Shown: positions 1-7,650 of the stretch, in pieces
Layout of the letters: every line of letters starts with the position of its first letter
How positions within the stretch are numbered: the first letter of the stretch is position 1
Virus record (IMG/VR): IMGVR_UViG_3300035499_000465
Location: 64,001-83,514 of that record
Source of the DNA: a virus
Length of the DNA: 19,514 nucleotides
Reading direction: 5' to 3' (one strand)
Program-made: the position numbers and the translations under genes
The notes under the pieces: generated by a model
Database searches by the model: none
Seen by the model: only the letters and a program-made list of their open reading frames with translations
What the model was told of the DNA's origin: nothing

Positions 1-69
1 CGCAGTATTCGTAAATAATATATCTTGATTAGCTGCTACTGTTTGAGCTGTTGTCGCAGTAATTTCCAT
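1..69 (-). CDS. hypothetical protein, N-terminal fragment only; the gene runs off the left edge of the window
   Basis: ATG at 69..67 on the minus strand, with GGAG (83..80) about 10 nt upstream. The frame stays open to position 1 and translates by hand as MEITATTAQTVAANQDILFTNTA. It is co-directional with all other genes. Confidence 0.35.
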   Translation of the reverse strand, partial: MEITATTAQTVAANQDILFTNTA

Positions 70-96
70 AAATACAAATCTCCTTTACTTATTTAC

Positions 97-813
97 TTAA
101 CAACTACATCCATTAGAATAAGCTGCATATGGACTACATGTCAAATATGCAGGAACCGGACATGGACGAAGTTCATTTACTAAGTAAGCGTTCTGAGCGC
201 ATTGAGATAACTGGAAGTTAGCTGACTGTAGCTCATTGTTCTTAGCTTCTAATCTATCACGTAACTCTTGCATTGTATTAGCATTGATTAAAGCTCTTGT
301 TTGCTCAGCTTCTTCTCTAATAGCTTGAGTTATTTCACAAGTATTTCGAGAATTATCATATCTAACTGCATCTATATTGCGGTTTGTATCACAGCAACAA
401 GACTGCATTGCATAACGATTATCAGCTAAGTTAGCGTTTACTGTATTAAATCCTTGTGCGACAGAACTAAATCCTGTACACAAATCACGTTGCACATTAC
501 CAAAATTGGTTAATAGAGTTGTGTTGTTAGTATAGAATCCATCACAAAGTCCTTGCTGAATTCCTCTAACACCATTTTCTACATTCTGGAAGTTTAAGTC
601 TTGACTTAAATCTGCTCTAGTTAAGGCGCCCTGAGTTGCAGCTGAATTAGCTCCATTACCCCAGTTGCCTCCCCAACCTCCGCCCATAAAGACGAATAAG
701 AATAGGATTATAATCCACCAAGCTCCCATGCCATCTGTCCAGCCAGTTTCTCCACGATTTCCAGAAGCAGCTGCAATGTCTGATAATGAATATCCTGAAC
801 CCTGATTAAACAT
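97..813 (-). CDS. 238-aa membrane protein: one TM helix (GAWWIIILFLFVFMGG), then a Gly/Trp/Asn-rich stretch (GGGWGGNWGNG), a coiled-coil-like middle, a CCC triplet and a Cys-rich C-terminal tail (CPVPAYLTCSPYAAYSNGCSC). Function unknown.
   Basis: The ORF track gives 97..879, but the ATG at 813..811 is preceded by a perfect AAAGGAGG (829..821) with a 7-nt spacer. The upstream ATG at 879 has no RBS and lies inside the preceding gene, so the start was moved to 813. TAA stop at 97..99. Confidence 0.6.
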   Translation of the reverse strand: MFNQGSGYSLSDIAAASGNRGETGWTDGMGAWWIIILFLFVFMGGGWGGNWGNGANSAATQGALTRADLSQDLNFQNVENGVRGIQQGLCDGFYTNNTTLLTNFGNVQRDLCTGFSSVAQGFNTVNANLADNRYAMQSCCCDTNRNIDAVRYDNSRNTCEITQAIREEAEQTRALINANTMQELRDRLEAKNNELQSANFQLSQCAQNAYLVNELRPCPVPAYLTCSPYAAYSNGCSC

Positions 814-832
814 ATTGGTTCCTCCTTTTAAA

Positions 833-1072
833 TTACCTGAGACCAAGCATTTGTTTAAAATTACTAAATTCTTGGTCAAAATCTACACCTCTTTGTTGGC
901 ATAAATTTCTAGCTAATTGTTCAATACCTTTTGTATCATTAGCTTGCGCCATGCTTAAGAGGTTGTTACCCATAGGAGTTCCCTGCATTTGGCTTAAAAG
1001 ATTCATCATTAATTGTTGTGGATTTCCGCCATTTCTAATTAATTGAATAAACTGCATAGGATTAATATTCAT
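833..1072 (-). CDS. hypothetical 79-aa protein, Gln/Met/Asn-rich, no TM helix
   Basis: ATG at 1072..1070 preceded by AAGGAGGT (spacer about 6 nt). It is tightly packed with its neighbours: its last codons overlap the RBS of the downstream gene. Confidence 0.55.
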   Translation of the reverse strand: MNINPMQFIQLIRNGGNPQQLMMNLLSQMQGTPMGNNLLSMAQANDTKGIEQLARNLCQQRGVDFDQEFSNFKQMLGLR

Positions 1073-1084
1073 TATATTACCTCC

Positions 1085-1543
1085 TTAAAAGTTTAAATTT
1101 AATGGCTCTTTTGATTTTTCTTGTTCAGCTTTTTGCGGTTGCGGCTCGCTCATCGGGGTCGTCGATGCCGTAGAAGGTTGACTTAAAAAACTTTTTAATT
1201 GAGTCATAGCTATCTCAAATTCTTCTCGTGTTACATAAGCAGAACTATTCAACGGTGGTTCAACAGGCATTTCTTTTAATTCGTACATGTTTAGTGTGGC
1301 TGTGCCATCCATATTTATCTGCTTTGTGTAAATTTTTTTATTTGCCAAATCTGGAAAATAAAAAATCGAACCATCAAAATCTATTGTAGCAGCTCTCGCT
1401 TCTTCAATAGATGATACAGGTCTACCTTTTACAGTCGCCATCATCTGAGGACGTATCATCGAAGAAGGACTCTGCATCTGATTTTGATAGTATTGAGTTT
1501 GAGGTTGCATTTGGTTATAATAGCTATTATTTGTAGGATACAT
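1085..1543 (-). CDS. hypothetical 152-aa protein. The N-terminus is Q/N/Y/P-rich and low-complexity; the central segment is more ordered (VKGRPVSSIEEARAATIDFDGSIFYFPD...).
   Basis: ATG at 1543..1541 with GAAAGGAAG about 9 nt upstream. It is the first gene after the 237-nt AT-rich intergenic region and terminator. Confidence 0.6.
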   Translation of the reverse strand: MYPTNNSYYNQMQPQTQYYQNQMQSPSSMIRPQMMATVKGRPVSSIEEARAATIDFDGSIFYFPDLANKKIYTKQINMDGTATLNMYELKEMPVEPPLNSSAYVTREEFEIAMTQLKSFLSQPSTASTTPMSEPQPQKAEQEKSKEPLNLNF

Positions 1544-1585
1544 AAAAAGTATACTTCCTTTCTGTAAGAAAATTTTTCTCTCTTT

Positions 1586-1620
1586 CTTACATTATATATT
1601 GATTTTTGAATGGGCAAAAT
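1586..1620 (-). promoter_or_regulatory. candidate sigma-A-type promoter for the 152/79/238-aa gene group. On the minus strand there is a perfect TATAAT (-10; plus coordinates 1591..1596) and a weak TTGCCC -35 (1612..1617), but the spacer is only 15 nt.
   Basis: Hexamers read directly from the sequence. The 1563..1799 spacer holds several other AT-rich near-matches, e.g. TATAAT at 1754..1759 with TTGTTT 16 nt upstream. This assignment is weak. Confidence 0.2.
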
Positions 1621-1779
1621 TTTAAAACAAAACCCTAAAATGTTGCATAAACTTTTCTCAAAAAATTTTAAATATCTTTATAAAATTTATACAAAAGTAT
1701 CAAATCGATCGGTTTAACGCGTTATATATTTTGTACACTTTGAACAAAAATATATTATAGATTTTTGTTAAAAATAAAC

Positions 1780-1811
1780 AAAAAAAAAAGGAACCTCAAT
1801 TAAGAGGTTCC
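1780..1811 (-). terminator. rho-independent terminator closing the radical-SAM cassette. The 8-bp stem ggaacctc (1790..1797) pairs with gaggttcc (1804..1811) across a 6-nt loop, and a run of 10 T follows on the transcribed (minus) strand (A-run 1780..1789 on plus).
   Basis: Perfect inverted repeat plus a U-tract, read directly. The TAA stop (1800..1802) and the last three codons of the 135-aa gene lie inside the hairpin. Confidence 0.7.
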
Positions 1812-2207
1812 CTTATTAACTTTTTGTTCATTTACTGTTGCTTCAATCATATTAGTAATATATATATCTAAATCTCCATAGGCTTCTTTAAGATAATTTT
1901 TAGCATCATCATTTAAAATACTTAATACTTTAGATAAGGTCTCTTGAAAAGCCGCTTCTTGAGCTTCTTTATCAAATGAGCCTTGTTGTTTTAAGCTATC
2001 TACATATGTTTGGTTTGTTGCAATTACGCAAGTCGTAATTGTATTGGTTAACATATCTGTATATTTTTTAGCTAATGCAGAATCAGATTCTGTATTAAAA
2101 GCTTCATTTTTAGCTTGAATGTATTTAACTAGATAAGTAGTTAAAACTCCAAGAAGAGGAATAATACATACCTCAAAAATTTTAGTTAATAATTCTAACC
2201 AATCCAT
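1800..2207 (-). CDS. 135-aa single-pass membrane protein. It has an N-terminal TM helix (LLTKIFEVCIIPLLGVLTTYLV) and a charged, helical C-terminal domain. It could be a holin-like protein or a cassette accessory or immunity protein.
   Basis: ATG at 2207..2205 with TAAGGAGT 5 nt upstream. It is the last gene before the terminator. The RBS overlaps the stop codon of the 317-aa gene, which suggests translational coupling. Confidence 0.6.
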   Translation of the reverse strand: MDWLELLTKIFEVCIIPLLGVLTTYLVKYIQAKNEAFNTESDSALAKKYTDMLTNTITTCVIATNQTYVDSLKQQGSFDKEAQEAAFQETLSKVLSILNDDAKNYLKEAYGDLDIYITNMIEATVNEQKVNKGTS

Positions 2208-2217
2208 TTTTTACTCC

Positions 2218-3171
2218 TTAATCCATAGAATAATAATTTTTAGGTGTATCAACTATTCCAACTCGAGAAGAATTTTTATCATTAATAAAAATTCCGTCTT
2301 GAGAAACAATTAAAGATAATACTTCAGCTTGACATTCTGGCTTAATAAAATAATATAAATATAATCCTAATAAATCTGAAGATGGAATAGTTCTTCCCTC
2401 TAATTTAAAATATTTATATCCCATCTTATTATATTCTTGCATTTCAGCTCTTGTTAAATTATTTCCTTTACCAAGAACGGAGGGGTGAGTAATATTCTCT
2501 TTAATTTTACATACACCTAAAACATTATAAGTATCTCGTAAATATGTAAGCTGAGCGATTCCAGTTTTTGCATAATGAGTTTTTCTAAAAGAGCAATTTG
2601 AACCGCAAATAGCATTACTTAAAAATTCGCATTTTCCACGCTTCTCTTTTGGAATTGCTTCCAATAATTCCTTATTTTTATTTAAATCATAATCTAAACA
2701 TACTTGATAATAATCTTTATCTAATTCTGCTAAGAAATCAGTAGGATTCGTTAAACGTTTAGTTGTTGAACTAATAATTTTATATCCAGGATAATTTTCT
2801 CTAATATATTGTTCCATAAGAGGAGAATTTACTACAACTTCATTACGGCCATTATCACAAACTTCTAACATTAAATTACCAAATCTGTCATCAAGATGCT
2901 CTTCTGTAATAACTGGATTAGTAAAAATTAATCTTAAAGCTACATTTCTATCTTTATAATCATTAACAACTTCTTCCATATATTCTCTAGTGCAATGCTC
3001 ATAACGAATAAAATTTCGTCCTCCATCCCAAATACAATAATGAAAATTACCAAAACAAGAACTAAAAGCTACATCATCATAAAAAAAATCTCTATGCTGT
3101 TCATATAAATTTAAAAAATATAAGTTCAAAGGTAAATGATCACTCGGTCCAGGTATATTAAAATATAACAT
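2218..3171 (-). CDS. 317-aa cytoplasmic protein, a paralogue of the adjacent 290-aa protein. It has a Cys-containing N-terminal segment (SSCFGNFHYCIWDGGR...EHC) and a C-terminal Cys cluster (CEFLSNAICGSNCSF...C). It may be a degenerate radical-SAM/SPASM-like auxiliary protein or a novel enzyme.
   Basis: ATG at 3171..3169 with AAGGAGG 9 nt upstream. It starts 2 nt after the stop of the 290-aa gene. The N-termini of the two proteins can be aligned (FNIPGP... versus YIIPNFF...). Confidence 0.65.
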   Translation of the reverse strand: MLYFNIPGPSDHLPLNLYFLNLYEQHRDFFYDDVAFSSCFGNFHYCIWDGGRNFIRYEHCTREYMEEVVNDYKDRNVALRLIFTNPVITEEHLDDRFGNLMLEVCDNGRNEVVVNSPLMEQYIRENYPGYKIISSTTKRLTNPTDFLAELDKDYYQVCLDYDLNKNKELLEAIPKEKRGKCEFLSNAICGSNCSFRKTHYAKTGIAQLTYLRDTYNVLGVCKIKENITHPSVLGKGNNLTRAEMQEYNKMGYKYFKLEGRTIPSSDLLGLYLYYFIKPECQAEVLSLIVSQDGIFINDKNSSRVGIVDTPKNYYSMD

Positions 3172-3172
3172 A

Positions 3173-4045
3173 TTATTTATCCTCCTTAATTGCGTTTAAA
3201 ACATCTTCATAAAATTTATAATATTCTATTTCAACATCTCTATTTTGTTCAAGTCTTTCTTGCGCCAATCCATTATGATTTGTGCTAAAACTATTTCCAG
3301 GAATTCTATCTTTCATTGCGGTTCCAAATAAAATATAGTCAGCATTATTTTTAACATAATTTATTTCAGCTATTGCCGTATCTACATCTTTTAGAGTTTG
3401 ACAATTCGGGCAACTAGAAAAAACACTTTGCTCTGAAAAATTTAATGTATTATTATTTTCAAGTTTTATACATCTTTTTAAATTTTTGCACTTATGGCAT
3501 ATTGCCATAGGAGAAAGTAAATAACATTTAAAGATATTTTTATTTTTTAATCCATAACAAGGATTTACATCTGTAGTAATAATACCTTTAATATTATTTG
3601 GATATTGGCTAATTAAAGAATTGATATCTTGAACAGAATGAAACATTGTATAATTTTGATGTAATACGATTTTAATTTTTGGATAAGTTTGTACTAAGTA
3701 TTCAATATATTCTGGAACACTGACTTCCCAATAAAAACGCGAATCTGTTGAAAATTTTTCTAAAATAACTTTTGCCATACAATTTTTGTAATCTGCCGGA
3801 ACAATATTCATATTACCATAATCTAATAAAATCATATCATCAATAATTTTATAAGCTTCCGCTCCGGCAATAAAATCTGGGTATAAAGAAATTTTTTCTC
3901 CTCTAATATTATTTAAGCTACCATTAAAATAAGAAAAAGAATATGTTCCTTGAACTCCAGCAAACTCATGAACTTGAATAAACTCATTAATTAATGCCAT
4001 ATTATATACATAGCTATCAAAAAAATTTGGTATAATATATTTCAT
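3173..4045 (-). CDS. 290-aa cytoplasmic protein, paralogue of the 317-aa protein. It lacks the CxxxCxxC motif but has a C-terminal Cys cluster (NPCYGLKNKNIFKC...CHKCKNLKRC...CPNC) that partially resembles a SPASM/twitch motif.
   Basis: ATG at 4045..4043 with GAAGGAGA 5 nt upstream. Sits immediately downstream of the internal promoter. The Cys spacing was read from the translation. Confidence 0.65.
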   Translation of the reverse strand: MKYIIPNFFDSYVYNMALINEFIQVHEFAGVQGTYSFSYFNGSLNNIRGEKISLYPDFIAGAEAYKIIDDMILLDYGNMNIVPADYKNCMAKVILEKFSTDSRFYWEVSVPEYIEYLVQTYPKIKIVLHQNYTMFHSVQDINSLISQYPNNIKGIITTDVNPCYGLKNKNIFKCYLLSPMAICHKCKNLKRCIKLENNNTLNFSEQSVFSSCPNCQTLKDVDTAIAEINYVKNNADYILFGTAMKDRIPGNSFSTNHNGLAQERLEQNRDVEIEYYKFYEDVLNAIKEDK

Positions 4046-4075
4046 AATAATCTCCTTCTTTTATATTATGAATAT

Positions 4076-4104
4076 ATTATACCAAAAAAAAGTTATTTCG
4101 TCAA
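4076..4104 (-). promoter_or_regulatory. internal sigma-A-type promoter with an extended -10. On the minus strand: TTGACG (-35; plus 4099..4104), a 17-nt spacer, then TGGTATAAT (extended -10; plus 4076..4084).
   Basis: Read directly from the 68-nt gap between the 233-aa and 290-aa genes. The -10 is perfect with the TG extension, the -35 matches at 5 of 6 positions and the spacing is ideal. It would drive the 290/317/135-aa genes. Confidence 0.45.
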
Positions 4105-4113
4105 GTTAAGTGC

Positions 4114-4815
4114 TTAATCAGCAAAATTTAAAGCTTCATCACCTTTGGTTAAAAGACCGCTATTAAAATCACCTTGAGCAAAATCTTGTAAATTTTCATC
4201 ATGAAGTCCTCTTTCAAGGGTATGATCTATAATTCTATTAATACAAACAAATAATTTATCTTGTTGATATAAAGACAATTCTGAACAATCAGTTAATCCG
4301 CAATAAAGTAAAACTGCGATTATCTCAGTATTAAAAATCCTATCTTCAGAAGATACAAAAAAATCATTTAAAATTTTTACAGCTTTTTCTGTTGTTGCTT
4401 CTGGAAAAGGAATTTCTTGTCCAATATAATGTTTAAATATTATATTTTTACAGACTTTAAATAAAGTTTGCTCATAAGTATCTTCTTCTTCAGATTCTGT
4501 TCTAACTTTTAATTCTTTTTCGATTGACGGATCATTATAAAAGCTATTAACAATATGAGCATTATATAATGAAATAAAATTTCTAAAATCAATAGAACGA
4601 ATTCTATCTTCTGGAGAAAATAATATGTAATAAATATAATAAATTAAAATTTCATTACATGGATGTAATACATCAATTACATATCCACTTTGAATAGAAC
4701 CTTTTAAATAAGATTCTACTTGTGGAATATATGAATAATTTTTATCCTCTATAATTGATTTACACATAGAATATAAAAACATATCATCAGAGCGTTGATA
4801 AGACATTTTTGACAT
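4114..4815 (-). CDS. 233-aa acidic cytoplasmic protein of unknown function, part of the radical-SAM cassette
   Basis: ATG at 4815..4813 with GAAAGGAA about 10 nt upstream. It overlaps the 3' end of the upstream radical-SAM gene by 29 nt, suggesting translational coupling. No recognisable motifs. Confidence 0.6.
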   Translation of the reverse strand: MSKMSYQRSDDMFLYSMCKSIIEDKNYSYIPQVESYLKGSIQSGYVIDVLHPCNEILIYYIYYILFSPEDRIRSIDFRNFISLYNAHIVNSFYNDPSIEKELKVRTESEEEDTYEQTLFKVCKNIIFKHYIGQEIPFPEATTEKAVKILNDFFVSSEDRIFNTEIIAVLLYCGLTDCSELSLYQQDKLFVCINRIIDHTLERGLHDENLQDFAQGDFNSGLLTKGDEALNFAD

Positions 4816-6157
4816 TTTTAATGTATTCCTTTCTCTCTTGATTTATTTTATGACTTTTTGCGACAATATCATAACAGTTATATTTTAATGCTACCTCATG
4901 GATAGATTTATAATAAACTTTATACATCTCACAAATTGTATCATTAGCTGTAAATAATTCTCTTTCATTTTCAAATTGAGATCCTAAACATCCTTTAGAA
5001 CAGAAAGATTTTAATTTACAAGCTGCACATTTCATAGTTGAACGATTTGGATTTAAAGTTTTAACTTTAAAAGCTAACATAGGTTTTTCAGCCTGCACCC
5101 CAGTAATTTTAGTATGATCTTCATCTGTTATCAATCTACCAAAAACAAAATTTTCATAACTAGTCCTATGACATGGAACTAATGCTAAATCTCCTAATCT
5201 CCAAATAGGTCCATTTTGAATAGAACAACTCATACTATGAACTGGACTAGGATAATCCAAAAGATCTGGTTGAATTCCTCCATGTTCAGAAAGAAACTGT
5301 TGCGGTCCACCAAACATTCCCAATGTGAAATCTTCAATATCTCCATGATAAATATCTTTAATATTTTTTTCTGCCATATATAATAAGAAGTCATGAAAGC
5401 TTTGAAGATTTTTTTCATCCCATTCATAAGGATCTCTTACATATAAGAACATTGGTAAATCTAAAACTTTTTTTCCATCTGGTCTAGTAATATACATATC
5501 ATATTTTATAATATTGTCAATCCACCAATCATAATTTTCTTTATAATTACGAACAAAATCAGCGGCAACCATAGGATGAAAAGTAAAATCATGTTTTTTA
5601 GCAAATTTAAAAATATTATCATAAAATTCATCAGACTTTCCATTACCATGATGATCTGGTCTAGTAAGCTCTTCCAAATTATTTGGCCCATCGATTGAAA
5701 AACTTAAATATAATGGACATTTTATTTTTTGTAATTTTTCTAACCAAATTTCAACTCTTTGAGTTTTTTCTTCATCTTTAATAAAAGTTCCATTTGTTGG
5801 AACTGAAATCTCTCTATATACATCTGGATAATGAGTTACTTTAAAATCATAAATAATTTGTAAAATGTCCTCCCAAAAGGGAAGCGCAAAAAATTCTCCT
5901 GAAAAGATATTAAAAGTGGTGTAATCATATCCTTCATCATATAAATATTGTAATAATAATTTAAAATTTGTCAAAATTAAATCTTTTTTATTATACTGCG
6001 GTGGATATAATTCTTTACCATGCTTCATTAAATAACAATATTCACATTTTTGATTACAACTTGAAGAAATAATAAATTCTACCATTGGAGCATTTTTACA
6101 ATATCGATCTAAAAAACTATTAAATAAAATATTTTGTTCTTCTTGATAAGTTGCCAT
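4787..6157 (-). CDS. radical SAM enzyme with a C-terminal SPASM domain (456 aa); a peptide/protein-modifying maturase of the anSME/sactisynthase-like family
   Basis: The [4Fe-4S]/SAM motif CNQKCEYCY (CxxxCxxC) lies near residue 34 and a GGE-like SGE is downstream. The C-terminus carries the canonical SPASM signature CAACKLKSFCSKGC (Cx2Cx5Cx3C), with an upstream C..G....C segment and a trailing Cys. ATG at 6157..6155 with AAAGGAGG upstream. It starts 1 nt after the stop of the 480-aa gene. Confidence 0.85.
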   Translation of the reverse strand: MATYQEEQNILFNSFLDRYCKNAPMVEFIISSSCNQKCEYCYLMKHGKELYPPQYNKKDLILTNFKLLLQYLYDEGYDYTTFNIFSGEFFALPFWEDILQIIYDFKVTHYPDVYREISVPTNGTFIKDEEKTQRVEIWLEKLQKIKCPLYLSFSIDGPNNLEELTRPDHHGNGKSDEFYDNIFKFAKKHDFTFHPMVAADFVRNYKENYDWWIDNIIKYDMYITRPDGKKVLDLPMFLYVRDPYEWDEKNLQSFHDFLLYMAEKNIKDIYHGDIEDFTLGMFGGPQQFLSEHGGIQPDLLDYPSPVHSMSCSIQNGPIWRLGDLALVPCHRTSYENFVFGRLITDEDHTKITGVQAEKPMLAFKVKTLNPNRSTMKCAACKLKSFCSKGCLGSQFENERELFTANDTICEMYKVYYKSIHEVALKYNCYDIVAKSHKINQERKEYIKNVKNVLSTL

Positions 6158-6160
6158 GTA

Positions 6161-7603
6161 TTATAAAACCTCCTTTACTTTGTATTCTCTTGCCACTCTA
6201 TCCAGCTCTGAAACAACTATATCCATTGCCCCATTATAAAAAAGTGGAATTTCTAGACAATTTCTAGTTGTCCAAGAGCCATTCATAATATAATTATCTT
6301 GTAAGCAAATAGAATTTTCCATAAAGGCAGGAAGTGTTTTTTCTATTTCAGCAATAGATGTATATTTAGGATCGATTAATCCTGCTTTTGCATATTCTCG
6401 AACAAATAAAATTAAATCTGTATATAAAATTTGATTTGGAGAAGTTTCAAAAGGAACCATCATATTATGTGCTTGGCGCATTTCTTCTGGGGTATATAAC
6501 CAATCTTTTGTATTATGCGCTCCGAAATATTTATCTGATAATCCATTTATTGAACCTTGTTTCTGAACATTATTAGCATATTCAACATATTCATCAAATA
6601 ATCCTCTGTGACACATAGTAAACATTCCTTTTGGAATTGGAACTATATTTCCAGTAAAAGATCCACATCCTCCACCACATTTAGGGTTACGATAACTTTT
6701 TCCTGCTTCTTCAAGGCTTCTATCCACTTGTACAGTTCCACAACGTTTACAAGAACTACGAGAGCTTAAACTTGTTAACCCGGTTATCGCAAGAGGAATT
6801 AATGTAACATCAGATCTCCAACTTTCACAAGTTTCTTGGATATATTTTTGACTATCTAAAATATTCTGATTAATTTTAGCATATGTATAGCCATCTTCTT
6901 TAGTCCATTCTGATGGACTAGCACAATTAAATACACTATTATGATAATTCCATTTTGCATTATTTTCTTTTTGCACTTGATATAATTCAGTGTCAAAAAA
7001 TGTATACCATTTAATACATTTTTCAGGCGTATCTAGAAAATGCATTGTTTCTTTTGATAAAGTTGGTTTAGTATGAACTGATAATATAATTTTTGAAGTA
7101 TCATAATCAATATCACATAAATCTCTAAAATTTTTTAAAAATTTTTCAGTTGTACCTTTACCTCTACCGAAATCATTCATTTCTGGATAGCCATCAATGG
7201 AAATTTGTAAATCAAAATTAAAATATACATTTCCATTATAATATTTCCCAATTTCTTTTAATAAATGCTCAATTATTTTAGCTTGATTTGGGATTGTAAA
7301 ATTAGTAGAAGTCATAATTTTATTAAAATTTGGAAATGCATCAAAATAGGCTTTTATATGGTCTGTAAAACGCTCCATATGTAAAAATGGTTCTCCTCCC
7401 CAAAGAGTAATTCCGTCTATTGTATTTCGAAGCTCTGGATCATAATCTAAAACTTGTTTAATATATTGATCATTTGCAAAATCTTGCTCAAGATCTTTAT
7501 CGATCTGAGCAAGTCCACCTGCGGCATCTTTGCAAATATAACAATATCCACAATTTAAATTACACAAAGCTGTTGTAAATAAAGTCATATTAGAAAAATT
7601 CAT
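6161..7603 (-). CDS. second, distinct radical SAM enzyme (480 aa) with a SPASM/twitch-like C-terminal Cys cluster; partner maturase
   Basis: CNLNCGYCY (CxxxCxxC) at residues 14..22 closely resembles the CNLKCTYCFY-type signature of anaerobic sulfatase-maturase-like SPASM enzymes. The GGEP motif LWGGEPFL is present. The C-terminal half has clustered Cys (C...G....C, CKRC, CGGGC, CHRG). ATG at 7603..7601 with AAGGAGA 5 nt upstream. Confidence 0.85.
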   Translation of the reverse strand: MNFSNMTLFTTALCNLNCGYCYICKDAAGGLAQIDKDLEQDFANDQYIKQVLDYDPELRNTIDGITLWGGEPFLHMERFTDHIKAYFDAFPNFNKIMTSTNFTIPNQAKIIEHLLKEIGKYYNGNVYFNFDLQISIDGYPEMNDFGRGKGTTEKFLKNFRDLCDIDYDTSKIILSVHTKPTLSKETMHFLDTPEKCIKWYTFFDTELYQVQKENNAKWNYHNSVFNCASPSEWTKEDGYTYAKINQNILDSQKYIQETCESWRSDVTLIPLAITGLTSLSSRSSCKRCGTVQVDRSLEEAGKSYRNPKCGGGCGSFTGNIVPIPKGMFTMCHRGLFDEYVEYANNVQKQGSINGLSDKYFGAHNTKDWLYTPEEMRQAHNMMVPFETSPNQILYTDLILFVREYAKAGLIDPKYTSIAEIEKTLPAFMENSICLQDNYIMNGSWTTRNCLEIPLFYNGAMDIVVSELDRVAREYKVKEVL

Positions 7604-7650
7604 ATTAATCTCCTTTTTCTCTTTTTATTTATTTAATTAATTATTTATTT

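Noticed and set aside
813-879. N-terminal extension of the membrane-protein ORF to the ATG at 879 (MTKNLVILNK...)
   Set aside because: There is no RBS, and it overlaps the preceding gene by 47 nt. The internal ATG at 813 has a perfect AAAGGAGG with 7-nt spacing.
1563-1799. A small coding gene in the 237-nt AT-rich spacer
   Set aside because: Only tiny ORFs (8 aa or less) without an RBS. The region is better explained as promoter plus terminator sequence.
1800-2207. Calling the 135-aa single-TM protein a holin outright
   Set aside because: There is no adjacent endolysin. It is translationally coupled to the cassette genes and sits inside that transcription unit, so holin is kept only as one hypothesis.
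5230-6576. Small ORFs 5230..5427(-), 5506..5691(-) and 6388..6576(+) inside the radical-SAM genes
   Set aside because: They are low-complexity, AT-driven, hydrophobic translations fully nested in well-supported longer genes.
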